Shown piece after piece: positions 49,371-57,808 of a stretch of DNA of 64,000 nt. The notes beneath the pieces were generated by a model. The model ran no database searches and was not told where the DNA came from. It saw nothing but the letters and a program-made list of their open reading frames with translations. The first letter of the stretch is position 1, and each line of letters starts with the position of its first letter. The DNA is from Promethearchaeota archaeon (GTDB lineage: Archaea; Asgardarchaeota; Lokiarchaeia; Sigyniarchaeales; SOKP01). The translations under genes and the position numbers were made by a program. The stretch is taken from NCBI GenBank assembly GCA_048938855.1, contig JBHLLT010000010.1, positions 43,263 to 107,262 of the forward strand, in the 5' to 3' direction.

Positions 49371-50903
49371 TTGGATATTACAAAAATGTCAGAAATATAT
49401 AATAAATTAGAGAAAATTGTATCAAATAAATACATATCTAACGACATTTATGTACGCCATGCATATTCACGGAATGTAGATATTGTTTTACAAGGAGTTC
49501 CTGATATCGTTATAAGGCCTAAGGATGCTCAAGAAATTTCAGAGATTCTTAAAGTTGCAAATGAAGAAAACATTACCGTAGTTCCAAGAGGTGCTGGAAT
49601 TTGTGAGTTTGGAGGGAGTAAACCCATTGGAGATACTGGAATTGTCTTAGATATGAAAAGAATGGATAATATCCTAAATTTGGACCAAGAAAATCTAATT
49701 GTTACTGTTGAGGCTGGAATTTCATGGGCGAAATTAAATGAATACCTCTGTAATTTTGGATTATATACGGGATGTATGGGTCCAGGATCAGGAATGTCTG
49801 CTTCAATTGGGGGTGGTATTTCACATCACTCTGTTGGTGGAGGTGGTTGCGCGAAATATGGGGCGTGTACTAATCAATTAGTTTCACTTGAAGTTGTTTT
49901 ACCCACTGGTGAAATCATTGAGACCGGTTCTCAAGCAAATAAATTCTCAGGATTTCCTTTCAACAGATTTGGAAATGGCCCAGACTTAGCGGGATTATTT
50001 TGTGGTGACAATGGAATTTTCGGAGTAAAATCAAAAGTTTCATTACAAGTATTCCCAAAGCCCGAATATGCCGAATATAAAACGTTTCAACTTCCCCGTA
50101 AAGAGAGAGAAGTATCAGCTAAGATCTTGAATGAAATACGACAAAGAGGAATTGATGTTTATGATGCGATGTATATCATGGATCTAATTGTAAGAATAAC
50201 TACGCAAGAAGGAACTATGCCACTCTGGAATCACTTAAAAAAGAAAAGAGGGATGATATTTTACACAATAGAAGCAAACTCAGAGATAGAATTGGAAGAG
50301 AAAGTTAAAACTTTAGATATAATAATGCAAGAAAATAAAGCGGAATACTTAGGTCCAGAAATTGTAGATGGAAATATTGCTAAATGGCATTATGTCGAAC
50401 AAGGGCATTGGCAATTCTACCATAATTTATGGGGAATATTTCCTACAATGCAGCCATTAACTGCAGAATGCTTTTGTCCCATTAATACATATCCAAAAAT
50501 TATGAACGATATTGATCAGTGGGATATGGAACATGATGAGGATATGCGAAAAATATTAGATGTCGCTGGTAATCGTCCTATATCTGGAAGTGGACCTATA
50601 TTGCTTATAGATGGAAACAATGTGGAAATTACATGTGGCTTTACCAGTTTTTGGAGTTATTTTGATGGTGTAGTCCATGAATTTATTGATGACTTGAATC
50701 TTGCGTTGTGGAAATCGTTATTAGAAAGAGTCACTAAATATGGGGTACAGTGGTATATGATGGGAGAATTTATGTCTCAATTAATGGTGGAAATTGGTGC
50801 TTACCCAGAGGAATATTATAGTTTAATGAAATCAATCAAAAAAACATTGGATCCACAAATGATTTTAAGTAGAGGAAAATTCAATTTATGGGGTGATAAG
50901 TAA
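49371..50903 (+). CDS. FAD-binding oxidoreductase (VAO/GlcD family)
   Basis: PDIVIRP, VPRGAG, LDMKRMD.IL, VEAG, SIGG, G.NGIFGV, LDPQMIL. Confidence 0.9.
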   Translation: MDITKMSEIYNKLEKIVSNKYISNDIYVRHAYSRNVDIVLQGVPDIVIRPKDAQEISEILKVANEENITVVPRGAGICEFGGSKPIGDTGIVLDMKRMDNILNLDQENLIVTVEAGISWAKLNEYLCNFGLYTGCMGPGSGMSASIGGGISHHSVGGGGCAKYGACTNQLVSLEVVLPTGEIIETGSQANKFSGFPFNRFGNGPDLAGLFCGDNGIFGVKSKVSLQVFPKPEYAEYKTFQLPRKEREVSAKILNEIRQRGIDVYDAMYIMDLIVRITTQEGTMPLWNHLKKKRGMIFYTIEANSEIELEEKVKTLDIIMQENKAEYLGPEIVDGNIAKWHYVEQGHWQFYHNLWGIFPTMQPLTAECFCPINTYPKIMNDIDQWDMEHDEDMRKILDVAGNRPISGSGPILLIDGNNVEITCGFTSFWSYFDGVVHEFIDDLNLALWKSLLERVTKYGVQWYMMGEFMSQLMVEIGAYPEEYYSLMKSIKKTLDPQMILSRGKFNLWGDK

Positions 50904-52140
50904 AATGAGTGAGTTAAACCATTTGAAAAAGGAATGGAAAGCTATTTTTTCTTGTATGGGGTGTGGAGATTGCGGGTTTGCCATTCGACCTGCTGTTGGC
51001 AGGTATTTAACATGTCCAGTTAAAGAAGCAAAAGGAGAAGAAGGGTTTGAGATCTATTTTTCAAGAGGACGGATGAATGTACTTAAAAGTCTATTAGAAG
51101 GGAAAATCCCTCTTAGTAAAGAGCTTGCTAATTGGGTATATCAATGTTCAGAATGTGGTAATTGTACTGAAGTCTGCCATATGACACAAAATGAGAATAT
51201 TATTCTTCCAACATGTAATTGGATCGATCATATCAAAGTTTGGGAGGCATTGAGAAAAGATTTAATCGAAGCGGGTTTTGCTCCTCTTGATTCTCATGAA
51301 AATATCATTAGTTATATGAATAATGATACAATGAAAAATCCCTATGGTGAACAAAAAGCCAAAAAATTTGAATGGACGGAACAGTTCTCTGAGATAAGGG
51401 ATAAAGCCGAAACAATGTTCTTTGGAGGTTGTACAATGCCTCTGAGACAGGTTGATACTTTAAAGAATATGATGAAAATTTTAAAAATAGGAGGGCTAGA
51501 TTTTGCAATTTCTAAGGATGAGTGGTGTTGCGGCTCCATAGGATTAAGAATTGGGGATATTTCATCCTTTACCGATACTATGAGGCATAATATTGATGTC
51601 TATAAAAATTTGGGTGTAAATACAATTTTTACTGCATGTGCAGGATGCTATAGAACATGGAAAAAAGATTATCCAGAATTACTTGGAGAAGATTTACCAT
51701 TTGAAGTAAAACATATAACAGAAATAATAGTAAATCTCATAATCAATAATAAAATTAAATTCAAACCACAACAAGAGGAAAAATTAAAAGTTACATTCCA
51801 CGATCCATGCCATCTTGGGCGTCATATGGATTTTTTTGAAATCCCTCGTGGAGTCATATCAAATATACCTGGTGTTGAACTAATTGAAATGAAAAGGAAC
51901 CGAAAAAACGCATGGTGTTGTGGAGCAGGAGGGGGTGTTAAAAGTCAATTTCCGGATTTAGCACTAGAAATTTCAAAAGAAAGAATAATTCAGGCTATAG
52001 ACTCTGGAGCAGATATCTTAACAACCAGTTGTCCTTTTTGTATAGGAAATTTAAAGGATGCTTATGATCAATTGGAATCAGAATTCCAAGAAAAAATAAA
52101 AGTTATTGACATTATTGATTTAATAGCTTCTAAAATTTGA
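50893..52140 (+). CDS. Fe-S oxidoreductase with CCG domains (GlcF/HdrD-like)
   Basis: CMGCGDC..CP, CSECGNC..VC, CCG, CAGC, FHDPCHLGR, CCGAGGG, CPFC. Confidence 0.9.
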   Translation: MISKMSELNHLKKEWKAIFSCMGCGDCGFAIRPAVGRYLTCPVKEAKGEEGFEIYFSRGRMNVLKSLLEGKIPLSKELANWVYQCSECGNCTEVCHMTQNENIILPTCNWIDHIKVWEALRKDLIEAGFAPLDSHENIISYMNNDTMKNPYGEQKAKKFEWTEQFSEIRDKAETMFFGGCTMPLRQVDTLKNMMKILKIGGLDFAISKDEWCCGSIGLRIGDISSFTDTMRHNIDVYKNLGVNTIFTACAGCYRTWKKDYPELLGEDLPFEVKHITEIIVNLIINNKIKFKPQQEEKLKVTFHDPCHLGRHMDFFEIPRGVISNIPGVELIEMKRNRKNAWCCGAGGGVKSQFPDLALEISKERIIQAIDSGADILTTSCPFCIGNLKDAYDQLESEFQEKIKVIDIIDLIASKI

Positions 52141-52260
52141 TCGATAAAAATAATTAAGTTTAGGGCTTTTGTCTTTTCTTTCACTCAAGTTTAAATATTT
52201 TTTCTATTATTGTTTTATAAAAAGAACTCTTTAATTGAATAGAAGAAAAGAGGTTAGACT

Positions 52261-53175
52261 ATGGCAACTAAAATATCCATGATTGGACCTCCAGCGGTTG
52301 GAAAAACAACAATAAAAAGAGTAATATTTGATGGAGAAGACCCAAATGAATTAATAATATTTCCCCTTGAAGCTACCATAGGAATTAAGTATACTGTACA
52401 TGATTTTATGGATTTAAAAATTAGTTTATTAGATTCACCTGGTCAATCGCTCCCAACATTATTGGAGGATAAACAAAAACAACTTATAACATTTGGAGAT
52501 ACCAGTGCTATCATATATGTATTTGACTATCCAACCTGGATTAAAAATTCACAAGATATTCTTGATGATGTTAAAAAGCTTTATGAAATTAAGAAAAAAC
52601 ATGGATTTGAAGCAAAAATTATCTTATTCCTTCATAAAATTGATCTTCTAATTACAAAAAAAATAGGTACAATGCTTGCCTTGATAAGACGACAAATTAT
52701 AAAGCAATTAGATCTTCCCGAGGAACTACCAATTTATTTCACAAGTTTGCATCCTAATTTGATTTACACGACTTACAATGCTATCTCAGATACTATAAGT
52801 AATTTTTCTAAAGATACGTCTAACTTAAAAGAAATTGTAAAGAATACTATAAGTGGATTATCTAAAACAAGTTGTTTTGTATCTAATCATGATGATAACT
52901 TAATTATACAAGAAATGTCAAATGATTTTGATACCAGTACACTGTTTTATTTATATGAGAAATTGTATCATTTAAGTAAGTCAACTGAATTTACCACAAC
53001 TAAGACTAGTATTATAAGCCCTGGTGCTAAAATTTTAAATATGGTAATAGAAGATATAAATAATTATCATCCTAATTTTAAGTATATAATTTTGTTATCT
53101 GAAACTGTAAAACAAGATAATATGATTAAGATATTAGATGATTTAAAGAAAAAATTGAATCAATATTATCAATAA
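52261..53175 (+). CDS. Rag/Gtr-like small GTPase with a C-terminal roadblock-like domain
   Basis: G1 GPPAVGKTT, switch I LEAT, G3 DSPGQ, IIYVFD, G4 HKID (Rag-type), G5 FTSL; about 120-aa alpha/beta C-terminal domain. Confidence 0.85.
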   Translation: MATKISMIGPPAVGKTTIKRVIFDGEDPNELIIFPLEATIGIKYTVHDFMDLKISLLDSPGQSLPTLLEDKQKQLITFGDTSAIIYVFDYPTWIKNSQDILDDVKKLYEIKKKHGFEAKIILFLHKIDLLITKKIGTMLALIRRQIIKQLDLPEELPIYFTSLHPNLIYTTYNAISDTISNFSKDTSNLKEIVKNTISGLSKTSCFVSNHDDNLIIQEMSNDFDTSTLFYLYEKLYHLSKSTEFTTTKTSIISPGAKILNMVIEDINNYHPNFKYIILLSETVKQDNMIKILDDLKKKLNQYYQ

Positions 53176-53202
53176 AAATTAATAGTTTTCAAATCAAGTC
53201 CC

Positions 53203-54258
53203 ATGCTACGACAAGTCTATATAATTTTAAATGATAATATTATATACCAACGAAATTATGCTAAAGGTATAGATGATTCCCTCTTTACCAATGTCTATTT
53301 AAACATCAAAAAGCCAGCATTTTCAAAATTCGCAGAGGAAACAGCATCTTATGAGTTTTTTAAATATAGATTATCCTATATTACCGATAAAGATTTAGAT
53401 TTATTATTTCTTTTTGTAACTGGATTAGGAGACGATTTTATAAATATTGAGCCGCAATTAAAAAGCTTTAAAAAAGAATTTTTGGATATATATGCTGATA
53501 ATCTCAAGGACGACACCATTAATATAATATCTGATGTTTTTAATCCTATTGTTGACACAATTCATAGAAATTTAAAAGCAAAAATATCTATTGTAGGATT
53601 TTCTGGTGTTGGGAAAACTACAACAACAAAACTCATAAAATCAGAAGAAATTCCCATGCAACATATTCCTACTATTACAGGTGAAGTTGCAACTATAAAA
53701 ATTGGTAAATTACATTTCTACTTATGGGATTTTGCTGGACAAGATCAATTCGATTTTCTTTGGGAGAAATTTATACGAGGAAGTGATGCAGTTTTGTTGA
53801 TGACAGACTCAACATTAGAAAACCTCGAAAAAAGTAGATATTTTTTTGAATTAGTAAATAAGGTAGTTCCTTATGCTCGTTTGGCAGTTATTGCAAACAA
53901 ACAAGATTTATCCAGTGCTATGAAAATAGAGGACATCGAACGATTAATGGGACAAAAAACTTACTCCTTCATTGCTATTGATCCAAATAATAGACCTAAA
54001 ATGATCCGGATTATAGCTGATCTTTTAGATATGGATACGGAAGTATCCCCATTATTAAAACCTATATTTGATAGAGATGTTTTAATGGATAAAGCTCAGA
54101 ATGCATTAGAACAGGGTAATTTTAATGAAGCAATTAATTTATTCATGAATATAAGTAATATTTGTCTTGAATTGGGAGATGATTCTCTTTCACTCGAATT
54201 ACAAGAGAAAGCTGAAAAACTGCGATCGATTTTAAGTAAATTACCAAGTTCTAGTTAA
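53203..54258 (+). CDS. Longin-domain / Arf-like small GTPase fusion with a C-terminal helical (TPR-like) hairpin
   Basis: N-terminal ~125 aa MLRQVYII...IIYQRNY...LLFLFVT (longin-like); GFSGVGKTT, PTI, WDFAGQ, NKQD. Confidence 0.85.
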   Translation: MLRQVYIILNDNIIYQRNYAKGIDDSLFTNVYLNIKKPAFSKFAEETASYEFFKYRLSYITDKDLDLLFLFVTGLGDDFINIEPQLKSFKKEFLDIYADNLKDDTINIISDVFNPIVDTIHRNLKAKISIVGFSGVGKTTTTKLIKSEEIPMQHIPTITGEVATIKIGKLHFYLWDFAGQDQFDFLWEKFIRGSDAVLLMTDSTLENLEKSRYFFELVNKVVPYARLAVIANKQDLSSAMKIEDIERLMGQKTYSFIAIDPNNRPKMIRIIADLLDMDTEVSPLLKPIFDRDVLMDKAQNALEQGNFNEAINLFMNISNICLELGDDSLSLELQEKAEKLRSILSKLPSSS

Positions 54259-55899
54259 ATTTTGTAGAAAGATTAATACCTCATTTTTCCCAATTGGAAT
54301 AATATCTGAACGAAATATAATCTGACTATCTTGATATGGGATATTAAATTTCATAACTACTGCTCTTTGAGTTTCAAGAGCTTTTTCTATGTTTTTTAAA
54401 GCGTCTGCTGCAATTGAATCTGGTAATATATTATTTATACTTTTTCCAATGAGATTTTGTGAATTTGTACTTATCTCAAGAATTTTTTCGATTTTTTTAT
54501 CCAATTTAATATCTTGGAAAATACCATTTAACGAAATCCTAAAAATTGAAAAGGGAATATGGTTAAGTAATATTGCATTTTTTGCTTCACTAAGTATTAA
54601 ATTTTCTTGATTTTGCATTTTTTCTATGGCTGTGCCTATCTCTAGGCCAATTGTAATTATTAATTCCATTTCTTCAACAGTTATATTGGTTTTCTCATTT
54701 AAAATCATATTAATTGATCCAATAATTTCAAATTTTGAAAATAAAGGGATTACTGCTCCATTAATAGAATTATCACCTTTAAAAAATTTTTTGGTTATAT
54801 CAGGAAAATTTTCATTAAATAACGCTACACCCTGTGCAAATACGATATCATAAGGAGACTCCAATGAATTTATATTGTCATTTTGTTCAAAGAAGAATTG
54901 TGGGAGATTTCTGTGTGCCTTGATTTTAGCAATCTGTTGTTTTTTATCAACTAAATATATACAACACCCATTTAAATTTAAAAAGTCTGAGAAATAATCT
55001 ACAGTTTTTTTCAGTAAATCATTAAGATCACTTGCTTGATTTGTTATACTAATAAATTTATTCAACGTATCAATTTTATCTGCATGTCCTTTAAGTTTCT
55101 CTTCTACCATATGGATGTCTGATAAATCATGAAAAAGATATTGGATAAAATATTCATCCCCCAACTCAATCTCATTTACGTTTACTTCTAAATATAATTG
55201 CTTCTTACTTGATTTTTTTATCCTTGAAATTATGGGGGGTGGCTGCTTTATTAAATGTTGAACCATAGTAGGATCTACTAATCCCTCATCAAATAATTCA
55301 AGATCTAATGCATTATTACCTATAATTTCTTCTTTTGTTTTTTCCACTAATCTTTCTCCTTCTAAATTTACATCAACTATAACGCCAGTATCGCGGTTTA
55401 CTATGAAAATGGCATCTCGGGCTGCTTGAAATAAAGTTTGGTATCTTTGCTCTGCTATTTCTAAAGTTTTAAGTACTGGTTTAATAGATTCAAAATAGGA
55501 AAAAAAGAAGTTCTCAATCATTTTCAATTTAACAGGATCTGCTTTATGTTCTTTAGGTTCATAATCAAATGCAAGATATGCATCTTCAAGATTTATAAGG
55601 TAATTCGCAAAACCTTCAAGAAGCTTATTTGCAAGCATTAAACTAATTTGAGTTTTAATATCGGTAATAATAGTAATTAGGAAGCTTTCATAACCTCCTC
55701 TAGCAAACTTATTTGGTTGTTTAAAAAACAAATTTGCGGTTTTAATTTTTTTAAATATATGAATAAACACTCCTTTTGTTGGAAGTTCTATTAATGAAGG
55801 GATATCTTTAATAAGATCATTATCTAAAGATTCTGGTGCTTTTAAAAATATTTTTGGCCCAAAGAGGGGATCAAAACGCACAAGGAGTAAACCAATCAA
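54241..55899 (-). CDS. Longin (uDENN/FLCN/NPRL2-like) domain fused to PAS-GAF-PAS; no kinase or HTH output
   Basis: RFDPLFGPKI...FFKQPNKFARGG; RYQTLFQAARDAIF.VN (PAS); AVIPL....IIGSI...E.ELI..IG.EIG.AIE (GAF); LLNHIP..IF (PAS). Confidence 0.8.
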   Translation of the reverse strand: MIGLLLVRFDPLFGPKIFLKAPESLDNDLIKDIPSLIELPTKGVFIHIFKKIKTANLFFKQPNKFARGGYESFLITIITDIKTQISLMLANKLLEGFANYLINLEDAYLAFDYEPKEHKADPVKLKMIENFFFSYFESIKPVLKTLEIAEQRYQTLFQAARDAIFIVNRDTGVIVDVNLEGERLVEKTKEEIIGNNALDLELFDEGLVDPTMVQHLIKQPPPIISRIKKSSKKQLYLEVNVNEIELGDEYFIQYLFHDLSDIHMVEEKLKGHADKIDTLNKFISITNQASDLNDLLKKTVDYFSDFLNLNGCCIYLVDKKQQIAKIKAHRNLPQFFFEQNDNINSLESPYDIVFAQGVALFNENFPDITKKFFKGDNSINGAVIPLFSKFEIIGSINMILNEKTNITVEEMELIITIGLEIGTAIEKMQNQENLILSEAKNAILLNHIPFSIFRISLNGIFQDIKLDKKIEKILEISTNSQNLIGKSINNILPDSIAADALKNIEKALETQRAVVMKFNIPYQDSQIIFRSDIIPIGKNEVLIFLQNLTRTW

Positions 55900-56085
55900 T
55901 AACTTTCACTAAACTGATATAAATAATCTCATTTTTTACGTAGTAATAGAATTATAAAAATTTAATGATATAAATTTATTTTTAAAATCAATCTAATTTC
56001 ATTCCTTTTAAGAGATAAATTGATTATACATTTATTTATAGATCCAAAAAGAAATATTCTAAAATGATTAATTTTTTTCTTAATC

Positions 56086-56772
56086 ATGGAAGATTTGAGT
56101 ATTTATCTACAACCAACGGAATTCTTTGATTTTCATAAGAAACGTGTAAAAGAAAAGGCTATTGAAATAACAAAAGGTTTAAAGGAAGATAAAGAAAAAG
56201 CTGTTGCTTTATTTTACTGGGTTCAAAATAAGATTAAATATAATATGTTTACTTATTATCCAAAGATTAAAGCAAATCTTAAAGCATCAGTGACTCTTCG
56301 CCGAATGAACGGTTTTTGTATGTCAAAAGCTACACTTTTATCTACGTTTGCTCGCGCTGTTAATATTCCTGCGCGAATTCATATGGTTGATATTATTAAC
56401 CATAAGATCTCTAAGAAAGTAGTAGATTTAATGGGTACAAATGCATTCCATTGTCATGCATATAGTGAATTATTTTTAAATGGGAAATGGGTAAAAGCAA
56501 CTCCAGTTTTTGACAGAGAAACTTCAATAAAAGGAGGTTTCCTTCCAATTATTGAATTTGATGGAGAAAATGACGCTTTATTTGAACCTATTGGTGAAGA
56601 TGGAAATATATTTGTGGAATATATTGGTGATTATGGTTCATATGCTGATGTTCCTATAGAGAAAATCGATCAAATCTTTAGTAAAAAATATTCACAGTGG
56701 TATAATGGTGATATTAGTCTTTTTCAAGAACAATTCAGATTGAAAAGAGAACCATTAACTCTAAAAAAGTAA
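56086..56772 (+). CDS. Transglutaminase-like cysteine protease family protein
   Basis: GFCMSKA.L....R...IPAR, HAY.E.FLNGKWVKATP. Confidence 0.88.
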   Translation: MEDLSIYLQPTEFFDFHKKRVKEKAIEITKGLKEDKEKAVALFYWVQNKIKYNMFTYYPKIKANLKASVTLRRMNGFCMSKATLLSTFARAVNIPARIHMVDIINHKISKKVVDLMGTNAFHCHAYSELFLNGKWVKATPVFDRETSIKGGFLPIIEFDGENDALFEPIGEDGNIFVEYIGDYGSYADVPIEKIDQIFSKKYSQWYNGDISLFQEQFRLKREPLTLKK

Positions 56773-56802
56773 ACCATTTAGGGGTATACACTTATCCTAT
56801 TT

Positions 56803-56825
56803 ACTTATTAAGACTTATTAAGTCT
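56803..56825. repeat. Tandem 10-mer ACTTATTAAG x2 overlapping the near-palindrome AGACTT-ATT-AAGTCT; possible operator upstream of 56874
   Basis: Directly visible in the intergenic sequence. Confidence 0.4.
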
Positions 56826-56873
56826 AAAAAATATAATTAATCACTAATAAAATATTATCAAAGATTTAATAAA

Positions 56874-57797
56874 ATGCCACGAGCAATAATTTTATATGAA
56901 ATTGATCCATCGTTTGGACCCAATGTTGTCGCGGAATACTATTTGAAACAGGGAGATAAATTATCACCAAGTATTTTAAAGGATTTCTCAGAAGGACATG
57001 ATAAAAAACACTTGTTAGAAATAACAAAATGGGAGGGTGATAATAGATATTTCTCAAAAAAAATCACATCTGAATCACTAGAAAAAGAAAACCTCTATTT
57101 GAGTTTTATATTACAAGAGGAAGAAGACTTGGTTTCTGTAAAAAGTTTATCTGCTAACGTTGAAGAAATTATTAGTCAAAACTATACAGATGATAAAAAT
57201 AAAATGACTCAAATCTTGAACAATGCGATTAACTCAATTTTGAGTTTAATGGAGAAGTTAAAAGAGCCAAAAATTATTAAAGAAACCATAAATGATAGAA
57301 CTAAAAAAATGCTTGACGATGGAAAGTTATCTGAAGCACGTGAACTGATTAATCTTGGAGAACAAATCCCTGAAAAACTTGCAGCTGAAGTAAAAATTGC
57401 TGAAGATTTATTAAACCAAGAATTTTATCGAAAGGCTAAGAAGAATTTTATAAAAGCTGCAGAATTGGCAAAACTTATACAAGAAGAAGAAATTGCATCG
57501 TTTTTGTTGAATAAAGGGGAACAGGTAGGCCTTTTTCCTGATCTACTAAAGGAACGCGAAAATCTATACAAAGAGATCGATAAAATATTGATTAATCTAG
57601 AAGTCAATCAATTCCAAATTTATGATAATTTCAGTGAACCAATTGAAAGATTAATTGATATTTCACTCACTTTTGAAGAACATGAGCTTGTTGATATGTT
57701 GACAAAATTAAGAAACTATACTCAAAGGGCTTCTAAATTAGCAAAAGAATTAGATAGTATTGATGAAAACGTAAGAGATCTTATAAAAAAAATTTAA
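56874..57797 (+). CDS. Longin/uDENN-like domain plus helical repeat protein
   Basis: AIILYEIDPSFGPNVV start (same D-P-x-x-G-P hairpin as 54241..55899); helical TPR/MIT-like C-terminal half. Confidence 0.65.
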   Translation: MPRAIILYEIDPSFGPNVVAEYYLKQGDKLSPSILKDFSEGHDKKHLLEITKWEGDNRYFSKKITSESLEKENLYLSFILQEEEDLVSVKSLSANVEEIISQNYTDDKNKMTQILNNAINSILSLMEKLKEPKIIKETINDRTKKMLDDGKLSEARELINLGEQIPEKLAAEVKIAEDLLNQEFYRKAKKNFIKAAELAKLIQEEEIASFLLNKGEQVGLFPDLLKERENLYKEIDKILINLEVNQFQIYDNFSEPIERLIDISLTFEEHELVDMLTKLRNYTQRASKLAKELDSIDENVRDLIKKI

Positions 57798-57808
57798 AAA
57801 AGATAAAA

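Noticed and set aside
18632-54258. Eukaryote-like CaaX prenylation pathway (two Rce1-like proteases, prenyltransferase-like barrel, GTPases)
   Set aside because: Genes are scattered, neither GTPase ends in CaaX, the barrel lacks obvious zinc ligands and CPBP proteases are common in prokaryotes
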